Of a DNA stretch of 46,836 nucleotides, positions 28,823-37,887 are shown piece after piece (positions within the stretch are counted from its first letter, which is position 1; every line of letters starts with the position of its first letter). The translations under genes were made by a program, and so were the position numbers. The notes under the pieces were generated by a model, which was given only the letters and a program-made list of their open reading frames with translations, did no database searches and was not told the origin of the DNA. Source of the stretch: Eubacteriales bacterium (lineage in GTDB: Bacteria > Bacillota > Clostridia > Lachnospirales > Lachnospiraceae); NCBI GenBank assembly GCA_030525515.1, contig JAUNEM010000002.1, forward strand, positions 1 to 46,836, read 5' to 3'.

Positions 28823-29657
28823 GGTTATAAACCTCCTCAATGATATTCTTTGGGGTCGATGCCCCCGCGGTAATGCCTATCACCTTTTCTGCACCAGTCA
28901 GAGTAAGATGTAAGTCGTTCCACGTTTGTATGAAAAAGGTTTTCGGGCACTCTTTTCTGCAGATCTCGTAAAGCTTTGCAGAATTGGAACTGCTGCGATC
29001 GCCTATTACTATCATAATGTCCGCACGGGCTGCAATAGACCTTGCTTCAGACTGCCGCTCATGCGTGGCATTGCAGATAGTATTCACACAAATTACATTG
29101 TATTCTTTTTCCTTCAAATAATCAACTAAATCTTGAAATTTCTTTGCGTTAAAAGTGGTCTGAGCCACGACGCAAATCTCCGTTTCCGCGGGAAAGTCCA
29201 GTTTTTGTATATCTTCGATGCTTTGTATAACCTTGACAGGAGTCGAAGACCATCCCATGATTCCGGTCACTTCCGGATGCAGGGGATTTCCGACGATCAC
29301 GATCTGTTTTCCTGCGGCACTCTCCGCCTCTACGGTGCGATGGATCCGCTTGACAAAAGGACATGTGGCATCCACGCACTGCAGACTGCTCTCACGGATC
29401 AGCGTGTCTGTCTCGCGGGGTACGCCGTGAGACCTGATGATCACGGTCCCTTCGCTGATCTCTTTGATCTGCTCAGGTGTCTCCACAACCCGGACCCCTT
29501 TTGACTGCAGATCGGCGACGACCTCTTTGTTATGAATGATGGGTCCATATGTAAAAATATTGCCGCCCTTTGATATTTCCTCATAGACACGGTTTACCGC
29601 GCGCTCCACACCAAAGCAGAACCCTGCGCTCTTTGCGAGAATTACTTCTGTTTTCAT
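28803..29657 (-). CDS. ispH: 4-hydroxy-3-methylbut-2-enyl diphosphate reductase
   Basis: AGFCFGVERA, IIHN, DATCPFV, HPEV, NTICNAT..RQ, SSNS, ITAGASTP. Confidence 0.97.
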   Translation of the reverse strand: MKTEVILAKSAGFCFGVERAVNRVYEEISKGGNIFTYGPIIHNKEVVADLQSKGVRVVETPEQIKEISEGTVIIRSHGVPRETDTLIRESSLQCVDATCPFVKRIHRTVEAESAAGKQIVIVGNPLHPEVTGIMGWSSTPVKVIQSIEDIQKLDFPAETEICVVAQTTFNAKKFQDLVDYLKEKEYNVICVNTICNATHERQSEARSIAARADIMIVIGDRSSSNSAKLYEICRKECPKTFFIQTWNDLHLTLTGAEKVIGITAGASTPKNIIEEVYNHVRADL

Positions 29658-30325
29658 CAGATGCCCGTCCTGTCACTGATAATAGTCATGATATGTGACA
29701 CCACTTCCTCGATCGACATGTCAGAGGAGTCCACCAGAACAGCGTCGTCCGCCTGCCTGAGGGGCGCAACTTCCCTGGTCATATCGCGGTGGTCGCGTGC
29801 CGCGATCTCCTCCTCGATCGTGGCGAAATCCGGATCGCCGCCCTTTTCTTTGAGTTCCAGATAGCGGCGTCTGGCCCTGACGCCCACACTGGCCGTGAGA
29901 TAGATTTTCACCTGCGCGTCGGGCAGTACCACTGTTCCGATGTCCCTTCCGTCCATGACGACGTTCTGCTCCAGGGCCAGTTTCCTCTGCAGTTCCATCA
30001 GGCGTTCACGCATTTGGGGCACTGCGCTGCTCCTGGAAGCCATGTCACTGACCTCCTGAGTACGCAGCAGGGAATTTACATTTTCCCCGTTGAGGACAAC
30101 AACCTGTTCGCCGTCCTGATATTCTATGGAAATCTCCGGCTCCATACAGGTTTTGGCGATTGCCTCCCCGTCCTCCGGGGAGATTCCCCTCCGGTGGAGG
30201 TAGAGAGCCATTGCTCTGTACATAGCCCCTGTGTCTGCGTAGATAAAGGACAGCTTCTGCGCCACTTTCCTGGCAATTGTACTTTTCCCCGCTCCGGCCG
30301 GTCCGTCGATCGCTATGTTCATCAT
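29657..30325 (-). CDS. cmk: Cytidylate kinase
   Basis: IAIDGPAGAGKST, DTGAMYR, VMDGRDIGTVV. Confidence 0.97.
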   Translation of the reverse strand: MMNIAIDGPAGAGKSTIARKVAQKLSFIYADTGAMYRAMALYLHRRGISPEDGEAIAKTCMEPEISIEYQDGEQVVVLNGENVNSLLRTQEVSDMASRSSAVPQMRERLMELQRKLALEQNVVMDGRDIGTVVLPDAQVKIYLTASVGVRARRRYLELKEKGGDPDFATIEEEIAARDHRDMTREVAPLRQADDAVLVDSSDMSIEEVVSHIMTIISDRTGI

Positions 30326-30347
30326 ATCTCAGCTTCCTCCTTCTGCT

Positions 30348-31940
30348 TCATTTTGTCGTGTGCCTGTGCTCGGATGTTGTGATATTAATATTGGGCGCTT
30401 TCTTTTTGGACAAATCCAGAGTGCCGTCTCCCCTGAGCGGCCACCATGAGTCCCCGATCCTTCTCATTCCGGTCAGCATCTCTCCCACTTTTCCGGGATA
30501 AGTGGAGAAATAGTAGAATTTCCCGTCTATCATCTGCCATCCGGTCTGGCGGACTCCAAGCCTGCTCATGAAATATTTTTTGCCGTTGAGCTTGAGCCAG
30601 CCTTCGTAACGGTATCCGCTCTTTGTAAAATAATAATAGTCATCGCCGATGGTCTTCCATCCTCCTGCCAGCCAGGTGCCCTTTGCGGTCCTGTAGCGCC
30701 AGCCGTTCGAATCCTTTTTCCACCCGCTGTAGCCGGGCGTCCTGTTCTCCGCACTGCCTGCCGCCAGTTTCGTTCCGCCGGGCAGCATCCTGTTATCCAG
30801 GAAAAGCGGCTGGGCGTCATTGTAGACGATCCTGTGGGTGCGGATCTTACCGTCGGAACGGTTTTTGACTTTGATGGTCTTTGACTTTATGTGCCTCTGG
30901 GCGCTCACATAAATTGTATTATATTGAACCTTATAGGTGATGGTTCCGTTGTAACGGTTCCCGAGGATATTATACCTTTTGGCCAGTCTCTTCAAAGTGG
31001 AGGCGGTGTCAGCGGCGGACGCGAATCTGCGGCGCTCCGGATCCGATTTGTTTTTGTATGTATAAAAACAGTAGCACGGATTGACAGCTTTGACAAATGC
31101 ATCCAGATTTGAAGTCCACATTCCGTGATGACTCAGTTTCAGGATATCTGCCGACAGGTTTACACCCGCTGCGAGCAGATCCCTTTCTGTGGAAAATTCG
31201 ATGTCACCGCAGTTGAGAAAACTTCTGGAACCGAGGGTGAATTTCGTGACGACCGAGTTGTTGTTCTGGAAGCCGATCCCTGTCACATCATAGGGATCAA
31301 ACTTGCCGAAGCCCCTGTTATTGTGGTCCCACAGAACATCAGCCCTGACAGAGCCTATGGTAAATCTTTTTCCCTTCCGGAGAGCGGTCACGGGAATCTT
31401 TTTTTTGTATGCGGCGGATGTGATCGAGTTATAAAATGCCAGATATTTTTTGCAGCTGTCGTAGATTTTGTGCCGGTGGGATTTGTACCAGGATGTAATA
31501 TACGGCCTCACCGGATCAGGGTTGGCGACATAGAGATGTCTGACATGAAAATAGGAATCCTTGAGGATAGACTCCGCGTAATCACAGTGGTCCTCATGAA
31601 AATGTGAAATGTACAGACTCAGGTTTCTGATTCCTCTTTTTTTGAGGTATCTGAGCACAGTGTTGTTGGAATCTTTGGATCCGGTATCCATCAGGAGAAA
31701 CTGACCGGCTGATTCCAGGAGGACTGACTCCCCGTACACAGAGCTGCTGTCTCCCAGATCAATACAAGTAATTTTCATGTAGGGAGCCGACGCCGCTTCC
31801 GCTGTGATCAAAGGCGCACCCGGCACTCTGCCGGGCAGATGCCCGAGTCCCGCCGCAGACAAAATAGCTGCCACAAAACACATAATCTTTTTCCCCGTTT
31901 TCAATACCGCTGTAAATTTATCTTTCGTTCCGGCTTTCAT
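30348..31940 (-). CDS. Secreted MBL-fold hydrolase (ComEC/Pce-like) with C-terminal cell-wall/choline-binding repeats
   Basis: Signal peptide, LMDTG, SHFHEDH, NNNSVV, GDIE, LSHHG, repeats GWKTIGDDYYYF / GWLKLNGKKYF / GWQMIDGKFYYF. Confidence 0.85.
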   Translation of the reverse strand: MKAGTKDKFTAVLKTGKKIMCFVAAILSAAGLGHLPGRVPGAPLITAEAASAPYMKITCIDLGDSSSVYGESVLLESAGQFLLMDTGSKDSNNTVLRYLKKRGIRNLSLYISHFHEDHCDYAESILKDSYFHVRHLYVANPDPVRPYITSWYKSHRHKIYDSCKKYLAFYNSITSAAYKKKIPVTALRKGKRFTIGSVRADVLWDHNNRGFGKFDPYDVTGIGFQNNNSVVTKFTLGSRSFLNCGDIEFSTERDLLAAGVNLSADILKLSHHGMWTSNLDAFVKAVNPCYCFYTYKNKSDPERRRFASAADTASTLKRLAKRYNILGNRYNGTITYKVQYNTIYVSAQRHIKSKTIKVKNRSDGKIRTHRIVYNDAQPLFLDNRMLPGGTKLAAGSAENRTPGYSGWKKDSNGWRYRTAKGTWLAGGWKTIGDDYYYFTKSGYRYEGWLKLNGKKYFMSRLGVRQTGWQMIDGKFYYFSTYPGKVGEMLTGMRRIGDSWWPLRGDGTLDLSKKKAPNINITTSEHRHTTK

Positions 31941-32109
31941 ACCTGTGTATCCCCCTGTTCACAAATTTGTATGATTCAGGATCCGCTCTCGAGTCTTGCC
32001 TGACGTGTCCCGTCCTCCCTCAAGGCTGTTTTTCAGACCTGTATCCCTGGACCCGTGTTCACAAACATGGATGATTCCGTCCGGCGCCGATCCGCGCGTT
32101 CCGCCCGGA

Positions 32110-33540
32110 TCAGTCCCCACTGTCCGCACTCATTCCCGCAAGTCTTCCGGTAGACCAGGCTATCTGCAGATTGAAGCCTCCCGTCTCCGCATCCACATCC
32201 AGCACCTCCCCGGCGGCATAGAGGCCTTTAATCCTTCGGAATTCCATGGTAGATGGATTGATCTCCTTCACCGAAATACCTCCCCGGGTAATGATCGCCT
32301 CATTGTAGCCCCGGGTTCCTGTGATCGTGACATGGATGTTCTTGATCAGCGCAGCCAGCTTCGAAATTTCCTGCCCGGAAAAAGAGGCCGCCCTCCTTCC
32401 GGTCTCCAGTCCCGAGAGCTCCGTCACCGCCTCCGCGAGACGGGCAGGGAACAGAGGCCGCACTGCCCCGGGAAGATGCCTGTCGGGCGCGGCGGCAAAT
32501 TCTCTGGCCAGTCTGTTTTCCAGCTGCTCTTGTGTCAGCGCGGGTTTCAGGTCAAGCAAAAGCCGGAAGCCATATGGATTCTCAGCAAAATCACAGTAGC
32601 AGGAAGCAGTCAGAATGATGGGTCCGCTGAGTCCGAAATGGGTGAACAGCATTTCTCCAAATGCCTCATAGACCGGTTTATTCTTCTTTTTCCCGCCCTT
32701 CTTTTTCTTTTTTTCTCCCTTAGAAGTAGAAGGGTCCGGCCCGGATCCGGCATCCCGGGAAGAGACTTCCGTTTTTTCAGCGCCCGGCTGCAGAATCTCC
32801 GCCCCGGCACAGCCTGAAGCGTCCTGTACGGAATCCTTTTCTTGTTCAGGAACTTCCATGGGGAAAATCCTGACCGCCGCATTTTTCAATGCAAGTCCCT
32901 GCAGGTTGTGGCACCAGGTCTCTTTTGTCTCAAAAGGAACCAGAGAGGGCGCGGTCGGGGTCACGTCCACCCCCAGCGCCCTGACCATGGAAAGCCCGTC
33001 CCCGGTAGAGCCGGTCGACGGATAGGACAAGCCGCCCGTACACAGGATGACAGCGTCGGCCTTCATTTCTCTTCCGTTTTTCAGACGCACTCCCCGGACT
33101 GTCTGAAGCCCCTCTCCGTTCTCCTCCGTCAGGATCTGCTTCACGGCAGTGTGATACAGAATCTCCCCTCCGTTCATCTTGATCTGCCTGAGCAGGGCTG
33201 CCGTGACATCCGAAGCGTGGTCGGAAACAGGAAATACCCGGCTGCCCCGTTCTACTTTGACAGGACATCCGTTCTTTTCAAAAAAATCCTTGACCATGTC
33301 ATGGTCAAAACCATAGACCGCGCTGTAGAGAAAGCGGTGATTGCGGGCCACGTGACTGAAGAAATCGACGGTATCGCAGTCATTGGTGAGATTACATCTT
33401 CCCTTTCCCGTGATATAGATTTTCTTTCCGGCCTTTTCATTCTTTTCAATGACCGTCACTCTGTTCCCGTTTTCGGCGGCTGCGCAGGCAGCCATGAGCC
33501 CGGCAGCACCGGCGCCGATGACAATTACTTTTCTGGGCAT
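32110..33540 (-). CDS. HI0933/YhiN-family NAD(P)/FAD-dependent oxidoreductase
   Basis: IGAGAAGL, GKKIYITGKGRCNLTN, TGGLSYPSTGSTGDG, GEMLFTHFGLSGP, TGGFNLQIAWSTG. Confidence 0.93.
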   Translation of the reverse strand: MPRKVIVIGAGAAGLMAACAAAENGNRVTVIEKNEKAGKKIYITGKGRCNLTNDCDTVDFFSHVARNHRFLYSAVYGFDHDMVKDFFEKNGCPVKVERGSRVFPVSDHASDVTAALLRQIKMNGGEILYHTAVKQILTEENGEGLQTVRGVRLKNGREMKADAVILCTGGLSYPSTGSTGDGLSMVRALGVDVTPTAPSLVPFETKETWCHNLQGLALKNAAVRIFPMEVPEQEKDSVQDASGCAGAEILQPGAEKTEVSSRDAGSGPDPSTSKGEKKKKKGGKKKNKPVYEAFGEMLFTHFGLSGPIILTASCYCDFAENPYGFRLLLDLKPALTQEQLENRLAREFAAAPDRHLPGAVRPLFPARLAEAVTELSGLETGRRAASFSGQEISKLAALIKNIHVTITGTRGYNEAIITRGGISVKEINPSTMEFRRIKGLYAAGEVLDVDAETGGFNLQIAWSTGRLAGMSADSGD

Positions 33541-33655
33541 ACTGGTAATGATGACCTCCGTTCACAAAATCATATGCCATTTTATCAGCTATCCCGATTG
33601 GATACAACCGCCCGTATGCCTCAAAAAGCCTGAAAAACATGTAAAAAGAGAATCG

Positions 33656-33716
33656 CCCGGATATCCCCCGGGATTGTCCGGAAATTTCTCAGGATTGTCC
33701 GGATATCCCCTGCAGG
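33656..33716. repeat. 21-bp tandem repeat x about 3 (ccggatatcccc..ggattgt)
   Basis: Direct reading. Confidence 0.7.
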
Positions 33717-33889
33717 AAAAAACACAGCCCCGGGCGCAATGCTGTCCTGCCGGATGCCGTGTTTTTTGATTTAAACCGGAATAGGATGAAAGAAGCGGGG
33801 AAAGCCGCCGCAAATGCCGGGCAAGCCCGACCATGTTCGGACATTATCAGAGCCGCCCGCGCAGGAGGAAAAAGCCCCGCAATAAGTGA

Positions 33890-35392
33890 TCAGCTGCTCT
33901 TCTCTTCCTTTCTTCGGACAGGGACCCTCTTCCTGGAAGGTGTGATGGCTCCCTGGGGACATACCAGCAGGCAGAGGTGACAGCCCACGCATTTACTGCC
34001 GTTCAGCTTGGGTTTTCTGTCCTCCTGCAGCGTGATGGCCTGATGTCCTCCGTCCGTGCAGGAGATCATGCACCTGCCGCAGCCGATGCACCGGTCGGGA
34101 TGAAAAACAGGGAACAAAATGGTGTCCCTCTCGATCACATCCGTCGTCTCGCTGATGAAGTCAAGTGCTCCCCCCCGGATCTCGCTTACATTCCTGCACC
34201 CGGTCTCCGCAAGATAATAATTCAGTCCTGTCTTCAAATCATCAATGATGCGATAGCCGTACTGCATAACTGCTGTGGTGACCTGCACGGAGCCTGCTCC
34301 CAGAAGGAGAAATTCGAGCGCATCCTGCCAGGTTTCGATTCCGCCCATTCCGCTCAGATACATTCCCGCCAGTTCAGGTTCCTTGGCAAGTTCGAAAATA
34401 AAACGGAGTGCGATCGGTTTGACCGCGTTTCCGCTGTATCCGCCCACAGCGGACATTCCATGTACCGCCGGAGAGGAGACATAGGTGTAGGGATTCACAC
34501 CCACGACACTGAAGATGGTGTTGATGGCGGAAATCCCGTCAGCACCGCCTCTCTTGGCCGCGAGTGCGGCAGGCACCATGGAGGCCACATTGGGAGTCAG
34601 CTTCGCCAGAACAGGAATACTGCATCCCTTTCTTGTTGCCGCTGTGTATCTTTCCACCAGCTCAGGAACCTGACCAATACTCGTTCCCGCCCCTTCATAC
34701 ACCATGTTGGGACAAGAGAAATTCAGTTCGACGATGTCGGCTCCATTAGATTCGCACAGACCTGCCAGTTCTGTCCATTCCTCATCCGTCTGTCCCATAA
34801 TGGAGGCGATGATCACCTTGGAAGGATATTTTTCTTTCAGCTTGCGGAAAATTTCCATATTCTCCGCCACACTGTGGTCCGAGAGCTGTTCTATGTTCTT
34901 GAATCCGATGATCTCACCGTTGCTGCCGCGGATAGCGGAAAACCGGGGCGACGCCTCACGGATATCAAATGAACAGACTGTCTTAAAAGAAGCTCCTGCC
35001 CAGCCTGCTTCAAAAGCCCGGGCGCACATATCGTAAGTACTTGACACCACAGACGAGGAGAGAAGGAAAGGATTTTCCAGGGGAACTCCGCAGATTTCTG
35101 TTCTCAGCCGTTCCAGGTCATCAGGAACGGGAATCTCGAGAGCGGGGCGCACTTCCATATACAGACGGTTCATCAGTTCCCTGATCGGCACCTCACCCGG
35201 CCTGATACATTCCTGCTCGCACAAGCCGCGGCAGTTCATGCACATCGAATATTCCGGAAGCATGCCGGCAGCCCACTTTTCGTTCCCCAGCCAGATACTC
35301 CGAAGAACTGCCGACGGGCGGATCTGGGGACACAGTCTGTCACAGGGAGCCTCATAGCACAGTGCGCATTTTGACATATCATATCTTTTCAT
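33890..35392 (-). CDS. preA: Dihydropyrimidine dehydrogenase (PreA/PydA-like) with an N-terminal FeS domain and no FAD/NADPH domain
   Basis: Start MKRYD (GGAGG). N-terminal CALCYEAPCDRLCP and CMNCRGLCEQEC; core ENPFLLSS, GFKNIEQLS, ELNFSCP, AKLTPN, GGYSGNAVKPIAL; C-terminal 2x[4Fe-4S]. Confidence 0.88.
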   Translation of the reverse strand: MKRYDMSKCALCYEAPCDRLCPQIRPSAVLRSIWLGNEKWAAGMLPEYSMCMNCRGLCEQECIRPGEVPIRELMNRLYMEVRPALEIPVPDDLERLRTEICGVPLENPFLLSSSVVSSTYDMCARAFEAGWAGASFKTVCSFDIREASPRFSAIRGSNGEIIGFKNIEQLSDHSVAENMEIFRKLKEKYPSKVIIASIMGQTDEEWTELAGLCESNGADIVELNFSCPNMVYEGAGTSIGQVPELVERYTAATRKGCSIPVLAKLTPNVASMVPAALAAKRGGADGISAINTIFSVVGVNPYTYVSSPAVHGMSAVGGYSGNAVKPIALRFIFELAKEPELAGMYLSGMGGIETWQDALEFLLLGAGSVQVTTAVMQYGYRIIDDLKTGLNYYLAETGCRNVSEIRGGALDFISETTDVIERDTILFPVFHPDRCIGCGRCMISCTDGGHQAITLQEDRKPKLNGSKCVGCHLCLLVCPQGAITPSRKRVPVRRKEEKSS

Positions 35393-35702
35393 ATATACAC
35401 CTCCTGGCACCACCAAAACAGCTTTCATCCAAAGCCGGGCGAGTACGTAACAATGTATCTCTTTTATCTGAAAACCATGAAAATAATATCTTGTTATCAT
35501 TTTATCATAACCCCCGTCCGGATGAAAGAAGAGCCCCCTCAGGATCGTCATAATCTCATTTCAATCTGATGCGATTTGATGCAGATCTCATGTAATCTCA
35601 TAACACTTAATCACGTGGAGCATGTTCACGCATCGGTCACGGATATTCGCCATAAAGGATGATCAATCCGGGGAATCAAAAACCGCATCCTGAGAATCGC
35701 AG

Positions 35703-35775
35703 AACCTGCTGTCATGCCGAATCCTGCGAGTCAAAAACCTGCTGTCATGCTGAGTCCAGCGGGTCAAAAACCTGC
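35703..35775. repeat. 33-bp tandem repeat x about 2.3 abutting the queuosine-operon promoter
   Basis: aacctgctgtcatgc(c/t)ga(a/g)tcc(t/a)gcg(a/g)gtcaaa. Confidence 0.85.
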
Positions 35776-35804
35776 TTGCCAAGGCAAGACCGATGTGTTA
35801 TGAT
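35776..35804 (+). promoter_or_regulatory. SigA promoter for the preQ1-riboswitch operon
   Basis: TTGCCA-17 bp-TATGAT with extended TGn, 25 nt before the aptamer. Confidence 0.75.
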
Positions 35805-35828
35805 GCAAAAGTTGTCCGTCAGGACGGC

Positions 35829-35863
35829 GCTGGTTCGAGAACCTCCCAGCATAAAAAACTAGG
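35829..35863 (+). ncRNA. preQ1 class I riboswitch aptamer (type 1-like)
   Basis: GCTGG-TTCGAGAACCTC-CCAGC-ATAAAAAACTAG: 5-bp P1, UUCG..ACC loop and AUAAAAAACUAG tail match the preQ1-I consensus; queuosine-related genes downstream. Confidence 0.9.
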
Positions 35864-35884
35864 CACTATCTGAACAAAGATCCC

Positions 35885-35911
35885 GGGACACATGCAGTGT
35901 CTCTTATTTTT
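35885..35911 (+). terminator. Riboswitch-controlled terminator
   Basis: GGGACAC-atgca-GTGTCTC-TTATTTTT; competing antiterminator AGGCACT (35861-67, aptamer tail) pairs with AGTGTCT (35896-902). Confidence 0.75.
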
Positions 35912-36138
35912 GTCTGCCGCAGGTTCTTCCTGCGCTTTTTTTTCGTCATTTGCGGACATTTTCCGGGCGCCAAACATGAGCATGGAGCGGTTTTATACAC
36001 AGAATGCGCTAAAAACCGCAGGAATGCGAATGTTCGGAGCATTGCGATAGCGCTCGCGGCACGTAGCAATGCGTCGCTTTAATATATGAGTCTGTGAGCT
36101 GTGCTCATAATCACAAGAAAGAGTAATCAAGGAATTTT

Positions 36139-37128
36139 ATGGCACGAAAAATCATCATTGACTGCGACCCGGGCATAGATGACAGCCTGGCAATCATGCT
36201 CGCCCTGTCCATGCCCGACCAGATCGAAGTTCTGGGGATCACGATCGCGGCAGGAAACTCCCCTGTCGAGATGGGGTATGAGAACGCGCTCAAGGTCCTC
36301 GAATTCATGGACCGCCTCGACATCCCGGTCTTTATGGGCGCCGGCTGCCCCCTGCACAGGGAATTCGTCAACGCCCTCGACACCCACGGGTCCGACGGTC
36401 TCGGAGAGAGCTTCCTGCCCCCGCCTGATCCGTCAAAATACATCCGTCAGGACAAAAGCGCCCTTGAATTTCTGACAGAAACCCTCCGGCGGGAGCCTGC
36501 CAGCGTGATCGCTCTTGGCCCGATGACAAATCTCGCCATGTTGGCACAGGAGGATCCGGAGGCCTTCCGCAATATCGAAGAGCTGGTCTCCATGGGAGGC
36601 TCTTTCAGAAGTCACGGAAACTGCTCTCCTGTCGCGGAATACAACTACTGGTGCGACCCCGATGCGGCCGCGATCGTCTACAGGGAGTCCGACAGACTCA
36701 GGCGCCTCATTCATATGGTCGGCCTCGATGTCACCCGTCGCATCGTTCTTACGCCGGATCTTCTGGCCTACATGAAGAGACTTGATTCCCGCATCGGCGC
36801 CTTTGTGGAAAAAATCACGGGCTTTTATTTTGATTTCCACTGGGAATGGGAGCATTTGATCGGATGCGTGATCAACGATCCCCTCGCCGTAGCCTATTTT
36901 GCTGACAAAGAACTCTGCAGCGGATTCAATTCCTACGTTCAGATAGAAACCCGGGGCATCAGCCTGGGGCAGAGCGTAGTGGATTCCATGAATTTTTACA
37001 GGCATTCCCCGAATGCCGTCGTACTGACGGATGTGGACACGCCCGCCTTTTTCCGTCTTTTCTTCAGCCGTCTGCTTAAGATCGATATTAAGTCGCTTGA
37101 CCTGATTCCGGATCTGGTACGCAGCTGA
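36139..37128 (+). CDS. Nucleoside hydrolase (IUNH family), probable queuosine hydrolase QueK-like
   Basis: IIDCDPGIDD, HGSDGLG, AEYNYWCDPDAA, INDPLA; first gene under the preQ1 riboswitch. Confidence 0.88.
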   Translation: MARKIIIDCDPGIDDSLAIMLALSMPDQIEVLGITIAAGNSPVEMGYENALKVLEFMDRLDIPVFMGAGCPLHREFVNALDTHGSDGLGESFLPPPDPSKYIRQDKSALEFLTETLRREPASVIALGPMTNLAMLAQEDPEAFRNIEELVSMGGSFRSHGNCSPVAEYNYWCDPDAAAIVYRESDRLRRLIHMVGLDVTRRIVLTPDLLAYMKRLDSRIGAFVEKITGFYFDFHWEWEHLIGCVINDPLAVAYFADKELCSGFNSYVQIETRGISLGQSVVDSMNFYRHSPNAVVLTDVDTPAFFRLFFSRLLKIDIKSLDLIPDLVRS

Positions 37129-37133
37129 AAGGG

Positions 37134-37213
37134 TTTATTCTTCATCGCGCAATACCCGTCACTTCATAACAGTCATGGGATACGCGCGCAAGACTCGCGG
37201 GCGAGTCTTGAAT
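37134..37213 (+). repeat. Dispersed palindromic repeat copy
   Basis: TTTATTCTTCATCGCGCAA ... CGCGCAAGACTCGCGGGCGAGTCTTGAAT; matches 45990-46030. Confidence 0.85.
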
Positions 37214-37250
37214 ATCTGCGGGTCATAAATGAAGCCAACAGGAGGTAAAA

Positions 37251-37880
37251 ATGAAAAAAAACAATGAAATTACTTCTTCCGCACCTGCCGCGGCCAGCGG
37301 ATTTTCTGTCACCATGCTGTGTGTGATGGCACTTGCGATCGCGATCAATGTGATAGGCGGCCAGATCGCGCTTTTCCTTCATCTGCCGGTCTACCTCGAC
37401 AGCATGGGAACCATCCTGGCGGCCATGCTCTACGGACCTTTATATGGAATGCTGCCCCCTCTCGCCTACGGACTTGTCATGGGATTCACTCTGGACATCT
37501 ATTCCCTTTACTTCATGCCGGTCGGCATGATCCTGGGCTTTGTCACAGGCCTTGTGGCGCGCCGCTTCCGTGTGAAGGGACTTTCCCTGATCCCCTGCGC
37601 AATGCTGATCACGATCCCCGGGACCATTGTCAGTTCTGTCATCTGTGCCGTCCTGTTCGGCGGAATCACCTCCTCCGGTTCCACAGTCCTTGTCCAGCTT
37701 CTCAACAAGGCCGGACTGGGACTCACAGCCAGCGTTTTCGTCGTTCAGATTCTCACTGACTACGTCGACAGGCTGATCTCCCTCGCCCTGGTCTCAGTCA
37801 TTGTCGGCAGGATCCTTTCCACCGGACTTCTGACATCGAAAGAAAAAAACGATGTCACATCAGTCTCCTTTTCCAGGTAA
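37251..37880 (+). CDS. ECF transporter S-component, QrtT/STY3230-like (queuosine-regulated type)
   Basis: AIAINVIGGQ, LPVYLDSMGTIL, FGGITSSGS, DYVDR; about 6 TM; GGAGG RBS. Confidence 0.8.
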   Translation: MKKNNEITSSAPAAASGFSVTMLCVMALAIAINVIGGQIALFLHLPVYLDSMGTILAAMLYGPLYGMLPPLAYGLVMGFTLDIYSLYFMPVGMILGFVTGLVARRFRVKGLSLIPCAMLITIPGTIVSSVICAVLFGGITSSGSTVLVQLLNKAGLGLTASVFVVQILTDYVDRLISLALVSVIVGRILSTGLLTSKEKNDVTSVSFSR

Positions 37881-37887
37881 AAATGTT

